This document shows positions 39,901 through 52,479 of a stretch of DNA of 64,000 nt, piece by piece. Below the pieces are notes generated by a model that was not told the origin of the DNA, ran no database searches, and was given only the letters and a program-made list of their open reading frames with translations. The stretch comes from Eledone cirrhosa (Eukaryota): assembly GCA_964016885.1 (NCBI GenBank), contig OZ024746.1, positions 57,908,001-57,972,000 on the forward strand, given 5' to 3'. Every line of letters starts with the position of its first letter. Positions within the stretch are counted from its first letter, which is position 1. Made by a program: the position numbers and the translations under genes.

Positions 39901-40921
39901 TAAGTAAGTGGTGACTTTAGCCGATGCATAATAGAGATGATTTAAATCAGTAATGTTTAGTTTGTTTGTGATGATAATGTTTTTGAGAATTATGTTAGTC
40001 TTGTGTATTATCTTTTGGTTCTGTTTGGAGTTCTGGATCTTAGGGAGGGTGTCTCGTTGCCCCATGTCAGATTCTTTCATTTTCATCCATTCGATCATAA
40101 TTTCATCCTTCAAGTTGGCAAGTTCATTCTCATTAATTTCCTTATCATTTACGATCTCATTATTTTCATTTGGAGTTTCATCCTGAGCATGCACTCCCTC
40201 CATTTTTTCGATCCTTTCTTTAATTTGTTCTGTTGCCAGTGATTCCGCCCCAACCCTGGGATTCGAAGTGTTACAGTTTACCTCGTTTTCACTGACACAT
40301 GTTTCATTTTCCCTTCGTTGACTTTGTGCTAATAGCTTGATCTGATCAATTTCTATATCAGTTAGTAACTTTTTTCTTACAATATTTCTTCGTATATTGG
40401 CTAGTTTGTTACTGTCAATATAGCCTCTGTTTTCGGGATGTTTCTTTTTCCAGTTGATATCTGTCTGTTCTGTATTCGATGTATTTGATGGGTAGTACAT
40501 GGCAGTGTAGAAAGCCTCAAGGACTTCTTTATTATCTTCCCTTGACCATTTTTCTCTCTTTTTCTTTGAATTTCTTGGTGGTGAGCATGGAGGGCCAACA
40601 GTAGGAGTATTCCGGTTATGGGAGGTCTCCAGCTCCGAAGTGATGGGAAGGATTGAACCATTAGCTGATTTTTCGACCCCAGTCTGGTTCCTCCCTGAGG
40701 GATGCGGCCCTTTTTTACCCGGGTGACGGCCGATCCGGTATGAGATTTTATCATTAGACATTTACTTTATTTTGTCGCGTTTTATCCTTATCCGCCAAGG
40801 GGTAATCATTTCGTGTTACCACTTCTAGAACGAGTGTCAACCAAGACTAGAGGGGTCGTTCTCCCCTAGAGACACGGCTATTCCCCGCCGGCCGCCATCC
40901 CGGTATTTCTTGGTCACGGGG
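36987..40921 (-). mobile_element. near full-length R4/Dong-like RLE retrotransposon, family B
   Basis: Single-ORF architecture, GC-rich ~160 nt 5'UTR and ~145 nt 3'UTR ending in (TAA)n; the 5' boundary is approximate. Confidence 0.88.
37131..40761 (-). pseudogene. disrupted RT-RLE polyprotein of family B
   Basis: Pieces 40761-39787, 39707-39504, 39455-37998 and 37952-37131; KSPGKD, YRPITCL, DYKKAFDS, YMDD, CRVC..ETIDHIISMC, RPDI; stops, frameshifts and a lesion in the RLE. Confidence 0.9.
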
Positions 40922-41920
40922 TTTTCTTTTTGTTGTTTTTTTTAAAATTGTTATTATCATGAGTGGTTCCTTAATGTGAGCATTGCGTGGCTTAAGAATG
41001 AAATTATTAATAATTGTCTCCACTCCAGGTACAAGGCCAGCAATCACCCAGTGCATTACAATAATATAATATACTTTTTGTTGTAGTTGGCTGTTATTGT
41101 TGTTGGCTATGTCGGTGGTGGTGCCGGGGCTTTTTATATTGTTGGTGAGGAAGGGGTGAGCCAGCAGTCCCATATTTGTTGATATTGTCGTTTGGCCTTG
41201 GCCAGGTAACTAAGTCAATCTATTTATATATTTTGCTAGCCACTCCCTTGTCTAGTGATACCCCCACCTTCCCCGTTCTCTCTCAAGTTAACAGGGGAAT
41301 AGTGGTGGTAGCATTGAAGGAGTGGTGGCGGCGGGGAGATGTGGGAGACAGTAGCGGCGGTATCGATACTGAGACAGTGGTGGTGGTGATGTCGATACCG
41401 AGGCAGTGGTGGTGGTGACGTGATCGTATTACTGTAGTGATGGTGTTGTAGCGGTGGTAGCAATGAAGGAGTGGTGGCGGCGGTGATGGGATAGTGGTGG
41501 TAATGATGGCAGTAGTGAGTGGTGGTGGTGAAATTCCCGCTATCTGGCTGTTGTGTTTAGTGTACACAGAGAGGTGATGGGGTAGGTGTTGTATCTAGTT
41601 TCTGGTGTTGTTTGGCTGTTCTATATAGCGTAGACAGAGGATGGGGAGGGGTTCTTCTTCCAATTATAGCCATTTTCCTTTTTGAATATACAATGTACAA
41701 TACAAAGTTGAATATTTGAATATTTGACCCTTATAACAATATATTTTGGGTCCGAATTTTTTGGGGCTCAAGCCGGATGCTTTACGTAGCATTTGTACTA
41801 AGAGTTGTTATTTCACAAATGATTTAAATATGTTAAAAATTCAAAACTTACGGGAGCGATGTCATGACCTTCCGTCACCTCGTGTGTCTTCTTCCCTTAT
41901 TACTATTATTATTATTGTTA

Positions 41921-42284
41921 TTGTTATTCCTTGAATCTCAGTCATTGATGTTGGTTAACTGGAAAGTCCGTTGGATTGAATATCAAGCCACTACCTGCAG
42001 CCTCAGATATTCAGGACGTATCGGAGGGTTCTTGCTGTTCCAAGCAAGCATGCCTTTTGAAGCGTTCCAAAAAGCGTGAAGGGGCCGATTTTCTTTAACC
42101 ATCCCTGGAAACCTTTGGAGATAGTCCCCAGTGCGCCTATGACAATCGGGATCACTTTGACTTCATGGCAGTTCCAAATCCTTTTCACCTCCCACTTTAG
42201 GTCCTGGTATCGGTTAATTTTCTCCCTCTCCTTCTCTTGCACTCTCGTGTCGGACGGGCAGGCCACATCCACAATCAGGCACGA

Positions 42285-42285
<1 letters not shown>
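41921..42285 (-). mobile_element. R4/Dong family A, 5'-truncated (~365 bp)
   Basis: C-terminus ..LQKACLLGTARTLRYVLNI plus 3'UTR; (TTA)n on both sides. Confidence 0.9.
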
Positions 42286-42357
<72 letters not shown>

Positions 42358-43645
42358 GTTGTTATTCCTTGAATCTCAGTCATTGATGTTGGTTAACTGG
42401 AAAGTCCGTTGGATTGAATATCAAGCCACTACCTGCAGCCTCAGATATTCAGGACGTATCGGAGGGTTCTTGCTGTTCCAAGCAAGCATGCCTTTTGAAG
42501 CGTTCCAAAAAGCGTGAAGGGGCCGATTTTCTTTAACCATCCCTGGAAACTTTTGGAGATAGTCCCCAGTGCGCCTATGACAATCGGGATCACTTTGACT
42601 TCATGGCAGTTCCAAATCCTTTTCACCTCCCACTTTAGGTCCTGGTATCGGTTAATTTTCTCCCTCTCCTTCTCTTGCACTCTCGTGTCGAACGGGCAGG
42701 CCACATCCACAATCAGACACGATCTTTTTTCTTTGTCCACAACCACCAGGTCAGATCTATTGTGTTCCAGTTTTTTGTCCGTCTGTATCCTAAAATCCCA
42801 CAGCACCTTCACCTGATTGTTCTCCATCACCGCCTATGGCCTATGCTCATACCATTTCTCAGAATGTGGTAAATTGTTTACTTTGCACAGGTGCCAGTGG
42901 ATCACCCTGCCCATCACATCTTGTCTCCAGCCCTTATAGTGGGTCTGGGCTAGGTGTTTACACTCGGACACAATGTGAGCCACAGTCTCCTCTCTCTCTC
43001 CACAGATCCTGCACAGTGGGCTAGCCTCCTCCTTGTAAATATGGTGCTTCAACCACTTTGTTTTGAGGGCCTGCTCCTGCGCAGCCATTAGCATTCCTTC
43101 TGTAGCCTTTTTGAGGTCTCCTCTTCTGAACCAGTTCCACGTCTGTGGATCTCTAAATTCAGTTTTCTCAAAGAAGTTACTATGAAGGGATTTTCCCTTA
43201 AGGCTGCTCTTCCTCCTTGATGTTATTTCCTCCTTGGACATCCCCTGGCCTACTGTCCCCTCCTTCAGTACAGTTCTGAGCATTGGCTCCTTACTATAGG
43301 TCACGTATTTGTATAGGTTGTTTTTCTCCATCTGAACACAGTCCTCTATGCTGATAAGACCTCTTCCACCCTCAGATCTCCTTAGGTAGAGTCTATCGAC
43401 ATCACTCCTCTTGTGGAACATGTTGTAGATAGTCAATAGCTTCCTAGTCTTCCTATCCATTTCTTTTTGTTCAGCAACATTCCATCTCAGAATTCCCGCA
43501 CTGTACCTAATAATAGACACAGCTCGGGAATTTACTGCGCTTATGGCATTTCTGCTGTTCAGATGTGCCTTCAATACGCTCCTTACTCTCCGAATGTATT
43601 CAGTTCTTAACAATTCCTTCATTTTTTTGTTCTTTATGCCATCAA
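42358..43645 (-). mobile_element. R4/Dong family A, 5'-truncated (~1.3 kb)
   Basis: EGGRGL, CRICGEREETVAHIVSEC and the RLE domain; one in-frame stop; same 3'UTR as the 41921 copy; (TTA)n on both sides. Confidence 0.92.
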
Positions 43646-43668
43646 TTATTATTATTATTATTATTATT

Positions 43669-44498
43669 TGCATTTATCTTGCTTTATGTTTATACGAGTT
43701 ATCACCAAGTCACAACCAGTGACCTCAAGAGACAACAAGGTCCGCCATGTTCAAGAAAGAACACACATATTCACACATGCATCCTTAGTGTTTAGACTTG
43801 TGATGTACTTATATTGACAGGATCTTCCTTAGTATATGGGCAGTTCCCATTAGTACTATCTTTTGTATTTCTCCTATACGCGGGTTTCCTGGGATTTGCG
43901 ATAAGTAGTCGTTAGACCCCTTAGGTATCATTCCCAGAGCGCCTACAGCCACTGGTATTGTTTTAGTTCTCAATTTCCACATTTTTCCAATTTCTATCTC
44001 CAGGTCCTTATACTTGCTCAATTTTTCAAATGTTTTTATAGATACATTCTTGTCTATTGGAACAGACATATCAATTAGCAGGCATACCCTCCTTTGAAAG
44101 TCCTTCAATATTATATCAGGTCTATTTGCATCTATTTTTCGGTCTGTTTGGATGCTAAAGTTCCACAAGATTGAGATGTGATCTTTTTCAAGTATGGGAG
44201 GTGGTTGATGCTCCCACCAATTCTTTTGATGGGGCAGGTCAAAATGCTTACACATTATCCAATGTATGTATTGTGCAGCTCTGTCATGCCTGTTTAGGTA
44301 TTCGGTTGGAGCTATAGGACTGCACAATGAAATTATATGGTCAATGGTCTCTGGTTGTTTTTTGCATACACGGCATAGTGGGCTGCACCCATTTTTTATT
44401 ATGTTGGCTTGGTAATTTTTTGTTGGCAGACACTGATCTTGTGCGGATATAATCAGTCCTTCAGTCTCCGATTTCAGTCCAGAGGATGCCAACCACTG

Positions 44499-44500
<2 letters not shown>
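43669..44500 (-). mobile_element. R4/Dong family B, 5'-truncated (~830 bp)
   Basis: Near-identical to 36990-37805 but with an intact RLE (RPDIILKDFQRRVCLLIDMSVP); (TTA)n on both sides. Confidence 0.92.
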
Positions 44501-44546
<46 letters not shown>

Positions 44547-44834
44547 GGCGACCTACGTAGTAAATCGTATCATCGTGAGCTCCGCAAAGGTTTGTTATTT
44601 CCGTTTGTTAAAAATTGCCATTTATGGAAAATTTTGATTGTTAACTATATATAAGCGCACATACATTGTTTTCCGAAAAGGACACCCAAAAAGATTGGGG
44701 CCTTGTGCCCAAAATTTAAACTTTTATGATTATCAAAAAAATTCTTTGAAAAAAAATGGCTAATTCACCACTGCACCAAGCAGCTGAAAGCCTTTCTCAC
44801 AAATTAACACCTCACACCGACACCACCATTGTAA

Positions 44835-46712
44835 ATGATATTACGTCTGCCAACACACAATTTAAGCACTAGCAATATTTTTAATTTGTCTCAGGCAGAC
44901 ATTCATTTCCCGCCATTATCAATGACTGCAGGTGTTAAAGCCACCACCACCACCGCGACAACAGAAACAAAAGGAAAAAATAAATCAACTCGTGATGTCG
45001 AAATATTTTCAACCAAAATGGACTCTCCCAAACCGACTTTCAATGACGTCACCACAACCACAACTGAAACTAAAATTAATAATAACAAAAATAACGATAG
45101 CAACAACAACAACAACAATGACATTAAAAAAACAACCCTGAGTTTTGCCAGAGTAGCAAAACAGTTCGAAGCATTTACGGTAACTCCGGAGGATTTAGAA
45201 AATGCCAAACAAATGGTAAAGAAAGATGGGTACAGGGTCAGCCTCACCCCGACCCCACCCCCACCTAATAAAATGGAGAATTGGCGCCTATGCACCGTGT
45301 CGTATCGAACAATAAATGTAACATCGCGCCGAGTGGAACGGGCATCCGAATCCCAAATCCCAAAAGCTTTGGGACGTGTGTGGCAAGAAAAACCCACATC
45401 AGACGTGGGCAGAAGTATGGAACCGTGGACGTGTTCTTTGAGACACCAGAGGAGGCTAGAGAACACTCCATGGCCCCATTAAGAAGTGACGACTTCACAC
45501 TCGTCCCAAGCTATTGTGGCCAGAGACTCGTAAAGATCAGGGTGACCCACGTTCCACCGGCCATCGAAATTCCCTGGCTAATAGCGGCCGTCCTCGGCGG
45601 CATCGAAGCCAACACAAAGATAATAGCAATAGCAAAAGAAAAGCAGGAGAACTGGTCCGGATCTGGGATGGAGCTCCTGATCCAAGCGGACCAAAAAAGC
45701 ATTGAGGAGATCCCAGAGGTAATAGACCTCACTGACGGCAGCCACCTCATCGTAATTGTCGAGGGCAGAAGGCCTAGGTGTGTCGTTTGTGGTGAAGGAA
45801 CACACCTAAGGGCTTTCTGCCCTCAGGCTAAAAGGTTGATGCCACCTCTCCTACCCACCCCAGTGACACAACCATCAACACCACCAGTAGCAGAGATGGC
45901 AGCAACAACTGTAGCAGCAACAACAGAAGCAACTATAACAGCAACAACCGAGAGCAACAGTAGCAAAACCAACACCACCTCCACCAGCAAAACCAACACC
46001 ACCACCACCCAACGCTTCAGAACTAGCACCAGCGCCTACACCATCCACCACGCCACAACCCAAACTAACGCCTGTGGAGAATTTTCCACTCCCAGGCCTA
46101 TCACAACTGGAGACAGATTGTGACGACGAGGAGTGGGAAACGGTATCAGGAAAAAAAAAGAAACCAAAAAAGAAAAAATCCTCTTCCTTCCCCCTCCAAA
46201 AACAAAATACAGAGGGAAACAAATAAATTAACAAACAAAATAGTTAGGACAGATATGCCACCATCCACACCAGCATCACCAACCCCATCAACCCAAACAC
46301 CAATACCATCACCATCATTAACCCCAACACCACCATCACCTACACCACAAAAGTCACCAAAATGCGAAACAGAAACAAACCCACAACAAACGCAAACAAA
46401 TCAAAACAACCAAAACGATACGCACTACACAGCATTAAATTTGAACAACAAGCAATTATTACACTACATCCAACACAACACCAGCATCACAGAAAAAAGA
46501 CTACACAACGACCCCAAAATTCACACCACCTCACACATACAAATCACTCGCATCACACCGATAACGTACATGACACTAAAACAAAAATTCCCCAAAGACA
46601 TCGGAGACTTCCGACAAGCACTCTCCAGGAGGATTTATAAGGACATCCTTCCTGAGGGGGCCATAAGCAGTGAAAAGGATGGAAAAACCGTCCTTCCTCT
46701 ACGAGAAGTAAG
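44835..46712 (+). pseudogene. frameshifted Tx1 ORF1 of a divergent type
   Basis: Three overlapping frames; CTVSYRT, LVPSYCGQ and the knuckle CVVCGEGTHLRAFC. Confidence 0.85.
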
Positions 46713-46750
46713 GTATGTGGTCTTTCCCATCTTTTCAACTCCTTTTCAAC

Positions 46751-49700
46751 ATGACCTCACTCAGAATAGGCAGCATAAATGCGCGTGGCTTGGGGTCGTC
46801 ATGGAAGCAGGGCCACCTGCTCAACGACCTCAGGTCACTAAACATAGATGTAGTGGCCATCAGCGAGACCAAAATCTCCGAAGCACGGGCCTTCGCACCG
46901 AACTTCGGCGGCTACGATGTGTACGCATCTCCCAGCCGTCTGGGATCGGGGGTAGGAGTTGCTGTAATTTTTCGGAGAGGTTTGGATCTTGCCATACGGG
47001 CCATCTTCCTGGACCCAGAAGGTAAGTTGGTGGTGCTGGACGTGACCAGCGGAGAAGGACAAGCTTTCAGGTTAGTGGCCGTCTATGCCCCGACAGGAGC
47101 AGGGCGGCCTGATTTCTTCCGGCGTCTGGAGACCTTTCTTGGAACGTCCCGCTCTTTAGTGTTAGTGGGCGACTGGAACGGGATCTTAGATGCACGCTGG
47201 GATTGTGTAGGATTAGTGGATAGGGAAGGAGGGTGCAAGAATCTCACCAATCTGCTCAGGCGTTTTGAACTGTCTGACAGGTACCGAATGGATTTCCCGA
47301 ATGTACCAATGTGGACTTGGACAAATCGCATAGGGTCATCCAGATCATATCTAGATAGAGTATTTTGTAGGGAAATAGATAGGTCTAGCATAGGCTTTCA
47401 ACAATTCAAGATAGTCAGCTACACGGACCACAAATTCGTGATCTGTGTGCTTGACTTAGATAGGCTTCATAGACGAGGACCCGGCTACTGGAAGCTAAAC
47501 GCGTCCTGACCAGCGCAAGGCCTACAGAGACCGGATTAGCGAACTAGTTAAGCGGGCGTTGACGGGGGCCATCGTCAACAACAAGTGGTGGTTTGCTCTG
47601 AAAGGAGCAATTAGAATAGAGTCCATCAGGTTTAGTAAGGCTTTAGCAATAGAGAAAAATAGAGCAGAGGGAGAATTAGTTAGAAAATTAGACGAGGCGC
47701 TTAGCAAAGGCATCGCGACCGACGTACTTGCGGCGAAATTGGCCCTTGACCAATTTTTCAATGCAAAGCACGAAGGCTGCGTTGTCCGAGCTAGGGTGCG
47801 TGCTCTCAGACACGAGGGGACGAAAGCCGTTCAATGGGCCCGAGTGGCGGAGGCGCGTCGTGGCAATAAAGCCACGATCCGGTCTTTGGTGGATCACGAC
47901 GGGTGCATGCTACTCGATCCCGAGCAAATGTGTGAAGCTTTTCAGCGACACTTCGCTCAGCTGTTCGGGGGCAGTGGCGGGCCAGATCGAGGGGTGGACT
48001 TTGGTGTCTACCTCGACAGACTGCCGCGGCTTTCGACCACTGAGGCGGAGTGTTGCGAAAAGCCGATAACAACCGCTGAAGTATGGGAGGCAATGACTGG
48101 CTGCACAAGGGGTAAATCGCCTGGTTTAGATGGTCTGCCCTATCAACTTTACGTACAAATGCCAGACTTGTTCGGAGGCCTCTTGGCGGACGTCTACTGC
48201 AACTGGCAACAGAACGGGAGAATTCCCAGCTCTGTGAGCCGAGGAGCAGTGGCGCTGCTGAGAAAGGATCTGGACAAGGGGGATAAAATAGATAATTTTA
48301 GGCCCATAACTCTGCTAAACACAGAGTTCAAGATGTTGGCCAAGGTGCTAGCAAAGAGGTTGGCGCTTGTTGTTAGTGGTCTGGTGGGAGAGGCACAGAC
48401 ATGTGCTATTCCCGACAGATATATCCACGACAACCTCTACCTCATGCGATACATCGTAGAGAGGGTAGCTAGGGAACCTGGCACGAGTGGGTCCTTGATC
48501 AATTTAGATCACTCTAAACTTTCGATAGGGTCGACCATCGTTACCTAGCGGCAGTCCTGAGGGCGGCTGGCTTTGAGCCCGTCTTCAGAGGCTGGATTGC
48601 TGCCATGCACAGCTACATCTGCTCTGTAGTGAGAGTGAACGGTCACCTTTCGGAACCGTTCAACATCATGCGCTCAGTCCGCCAAGGATGTCCCCTCTCG
48701 TCCCTATTGTATATATTGACTCTCGAGCCATTACTGCACAAACTGCAGACGTTGAGGGGGCACCCGCGCGAACTAGGATGTGGAAGATCCGTGTCAGCAT
48801 ATGCGGACGATGTCACCGTAGTGGTGTCGAACGCCAAACACATCGAGGCGATCGGCATTACACTAAGAGAATACGAAGCGGTGACAGGAGCAATGATCAA
48901 ACAGGAAAAGTCAGTGGGCCTGCAGCTCGGCACCTGAAGAGGTAGGTCCATGCCGTCCAACAGCGTCGTCGGGCGCGGGACGGACGGACCGGTTAAATTG
49001 CTAGGGGTCTGGTTCGGTCCAGATCTCCAGACGGACAAAAATTGGGACGAGGTGACGAGCAGAGTGGCTTCTCTCACCCAGAAATGGGCCGAGAGGAAGC
49101 TATCCCTGAAAGGTCGAGCGGAGGTGGCTAAAGCATACATCGCGTCCGTCATCTACTACCGCCTGACCGTTGAACCTTGTCCTATGCTCCGCCTGACTGC
49201 GCTGGAGCGTTTGTCCTTTCGCTTCTTGTGGAAGGGACGGGCTCCGATGGTCAGGCGGTCCATCTGCTGTCAACACCCGCTACGTGGAGGCCTGGGCATG
49301 CCGTGGCTGATGATGCGCAGACACGCGCTCAGGCTACGACATCTCCATCTCTTCCTCAACGGTGATCAGGTGTGGTCGCCGTTTGCTAGACACGTTTTTC
49401 CCCAGCTCGTCTCCTTGACGGAGCTGCAGTCCTGAGTCAAGCGAAGACCGAGAGGGAGCGCTTGGAGACTGGAATGTCTTCAGGCGCTCACAGCGCTCGA
49501 CCAATCGGGCAATGTGATCGGTGGAAACTCCACCTTGGCGTTCTATAGGGGATTAGTGGAGGGGAAGAGCGACGACGTACTTGGAGAAACTCTAGGCGTC
49601 GACGAAAATCAACTAGCCAATCTCTTCGGAAGGACTTTCGAGCCGGGGCCTATGGACAATTTCCAGAAATCCCTGGCCTGGCAGTGCTACCGGGGTGCTT

Positions 49701-50164
49701 TGCCAGTTCGGGATAAACTTTACAGGCATGGAGGTGCCGTCAGCCGGGCATGTCCGAGATGCGCACAGGGCGACGAAACCGTCCTGCACGCACTCGTCCA
49801 GTGTCCGAGCATTGCTGACTTGTGGGTTTATGTCGAACACCTGCTGTCACGTGTAGGACGGATCCAGCTATCAGCTGAGTCCATCGTGAGGATTGCCCCG
49901 CCCTCTTCCTGCCGGGAAGGGCAGGCAGTTTTTATCTGTCTGGTGGCCATGGCGAAAGAGATAGTATGGTGGACACGTTTGAAAGGGCTGAAGACGAGCA
50001 CTTACCTCTTCGGTGATGCCCTGATTAACTTTTTCAAATTTCATCTGAAAAGGAAAATCAGGGTAGAGAGGGAAGTGCTCTCTTCCCAGCATTTTGTTGA
50101 AAGATGGGTGAGAGAAGCAAGTATGGCCCGAATGAATGGGCCTTCTCTGAGTATGTGTCTGTAA
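46751..50164 (+). pseudogene. Tx1 ORF2 with stops and frameshifts
   Basis: Colinear with 33268-36687; TGA stops at 47507, 48935 and 49433; frameshifts near 47513 and 48518. Confidence 0.92.
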
Positions 50165-50407
50165 ATTAAAGGTGGAAAACTGGGAGAGGGCACTTGCCCT
50201 GGTGGTCAGGACCACTGTGGTCTTTTAATGGGCTTTCTCCACAAATGTCCCTCGGAAGTCTCCGCCCTATTGGGGAATTTTTCTTTGTTATTTTATTTCA
50301 TCCTCTGTTTTTTTTACACGCAGAAATGCCCATTTACACCGTCCTGTATTGTCCTGTACTGTCCTTAATGTCTACTTTATGTAAACCCTTGTGGTTAATA
50401 AAGAAAA

Positions 50408-50461
<54 letters not shown>

Positions 50462-50599
50462 CATTATTGCTTGGCAACGGGGATTGTCTGTCGTGCTGTT
50501 AGTGGGATTCGTAGTAATGGCGGTAGCAGTGGTGGTAGTGGCCTTTCAGTTATGTTTAGCTGTTCTGTGGAGGTGGCTTTTTCCGTCATTATATAAAAC

Positions 50600-50792
50600 T
50601 TTGGGCGATGAATTAGCACTATCGGTAGCGGGTCGGACGCCATGCTTCGCAACACTGTTACGTCCCACTACGGACTGAGTTCAAATCCCGCCGAGGTTAA
50701 CTTTGCCTTTCATCCTTACGGCGTCGATAAAATAAAGTACCAGTTATGTACTGGGTATTTGATGGCTTTTTGCCAAAAGTAGAAACAATTAT
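50600..50792 (+). mobile_element. complete S1 SINE
   Basis: GGGCGATGAATTAGCACTATCGG...GAGTTCAAATCC...AAAAGTAGAAACAATTAT. Confidence 0.85.
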
Positions 50793-51087
50793 ACAAAACT
50801 TTGGGTGGCGTAAACTAAGAATATTGAAATTAAAGTGATATTAAATATTTGGGCCCAAGACCGAAATATTATGTAGTAGCACGTCTCGAGGACAAAGGTT
50901 GATACCTTATGTCGCATTCTCATCAAGATGTATATCAAAAGAAGCGCTTTAAACAACAGTTCACCAGGATGCAACGCAATGGAGTCAAACCTGTGATCTC
51001 AACTTCGTCAGAAACAGCAGCATTTGTATTTTTAAATTCCTATATTGTATACTTTATACAATACATTCATTTGGTCTATACTTCTTC

Positions 51088-51325
51088 CTAATATATCTTT
51101 TCAACCAGCATTTTTCTACATTCACTATTGTGTTCAGTCTCATTTTCTGTTTGTATCATATGCATATGTATTTCTTTCATTCTCATTTCTTCATTATCAC
51201 ATTTTACTGAATTTCTGCTCTTGGTGTTTTACTCATTTACATTTACTATCTTATTCACTTCATACAGTCTTTTTTTTCTATTTCTATATTACTATATTAT
51301 CTATTTCATTTATAATACATATATG

Positions 51326-51335
<10 letters not shown>
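51088..51335. repeat. dispersed ~250 bp repeat, copy 2
   Basis: Matches 28170-28430. Confidence 0.85.
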
Positions 51336-51390
<55 letters not shown>

Positions 51391-51403
51391 GTTAAAATAC
51401 ATA

Positions 51404-51485
<82 letters not shown>

Positions 51486-51513
51486 CATATATATATTTAC
51501 ATACATATATATG

Positions 51514-51545
<32 letters not shown>

Positions 51546-51591
51546 CATATATATATAAATGTATATAAATATATATAAATAGATATATATT

Positions 51592-51700
<109 letters not shown>

Positions 51701-52218
51701 ACATATGTCAGATTTTTTCTTTCATTATATCTTTTACCTTTTCACCAGTCTCCTCTGTATTGCAGACAACAAGAGTCAGAACAATTTCTCGAATATTATA
51801 AATAGCGGAAGAAAGGAAATAGATAGGAATGGAGGTCGTAAGTGAATCATTGGATAATAAATAGTCTCTTCGTTTTACAACTTTGATCGTCATTGATTTC
51901 TTTCTTATTTCTTGCCCTTACCCACTTTTCCCATACATTTATTCATTTACTTATTCATATATTTGTATATTTATTTATGTCTATTCCTACTATTCACTCA
52001 CTAATATACATATCTATCTCTCTTTCTTTTATTCTACCTCCCACACCTCTCTATGTCTCTGTTTCTATTCCCTGGACTTTTTCTCACTATGAGCAGCATC
52101 TACCTTTCCCTAATTGTCTTTCCATCTATATTCCTGTTCTATTATCTGTATTCCCTCGCACTCTCGTCTCTTCCTTGTTTCTTAATTCTCTTATTCTATT
52201 CATTACCCTTCTCACTAT

Positions 52219-52253
<35 letters not shown>

Positions 52254-52385
52254 ATATATCGTTCCCCAATTTTCTATCATTCTCTTTCATACAATTCTTT
52301 ATACACCTCTCACAATTATTTATATATTTCTATGTCTGTCTAAATCTCTCACTCCCCGCCTCTGTATTTATATGTATATATATAA

Positions 52386-52479
<94 letters not shown>

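Larger units (their letters stand above)
44547..50408 (+). mobile_element. full-length but inactivated Tx1-clade LINE, copy 2
   Basis: Distinct 5'UTR and ORF1, with ORF2 and 3'UTR closely matching copy 1; (ATT)n at 44500-44546 and 50409-50468. Confidence 0.92.

Noticed and set aside
50930-51030. Minus-strand CTGACGA...AAAGCGCTT as a hammerhead
   Set aside because: GAAA reads TAAA and stem I does not pair; at most a relic.
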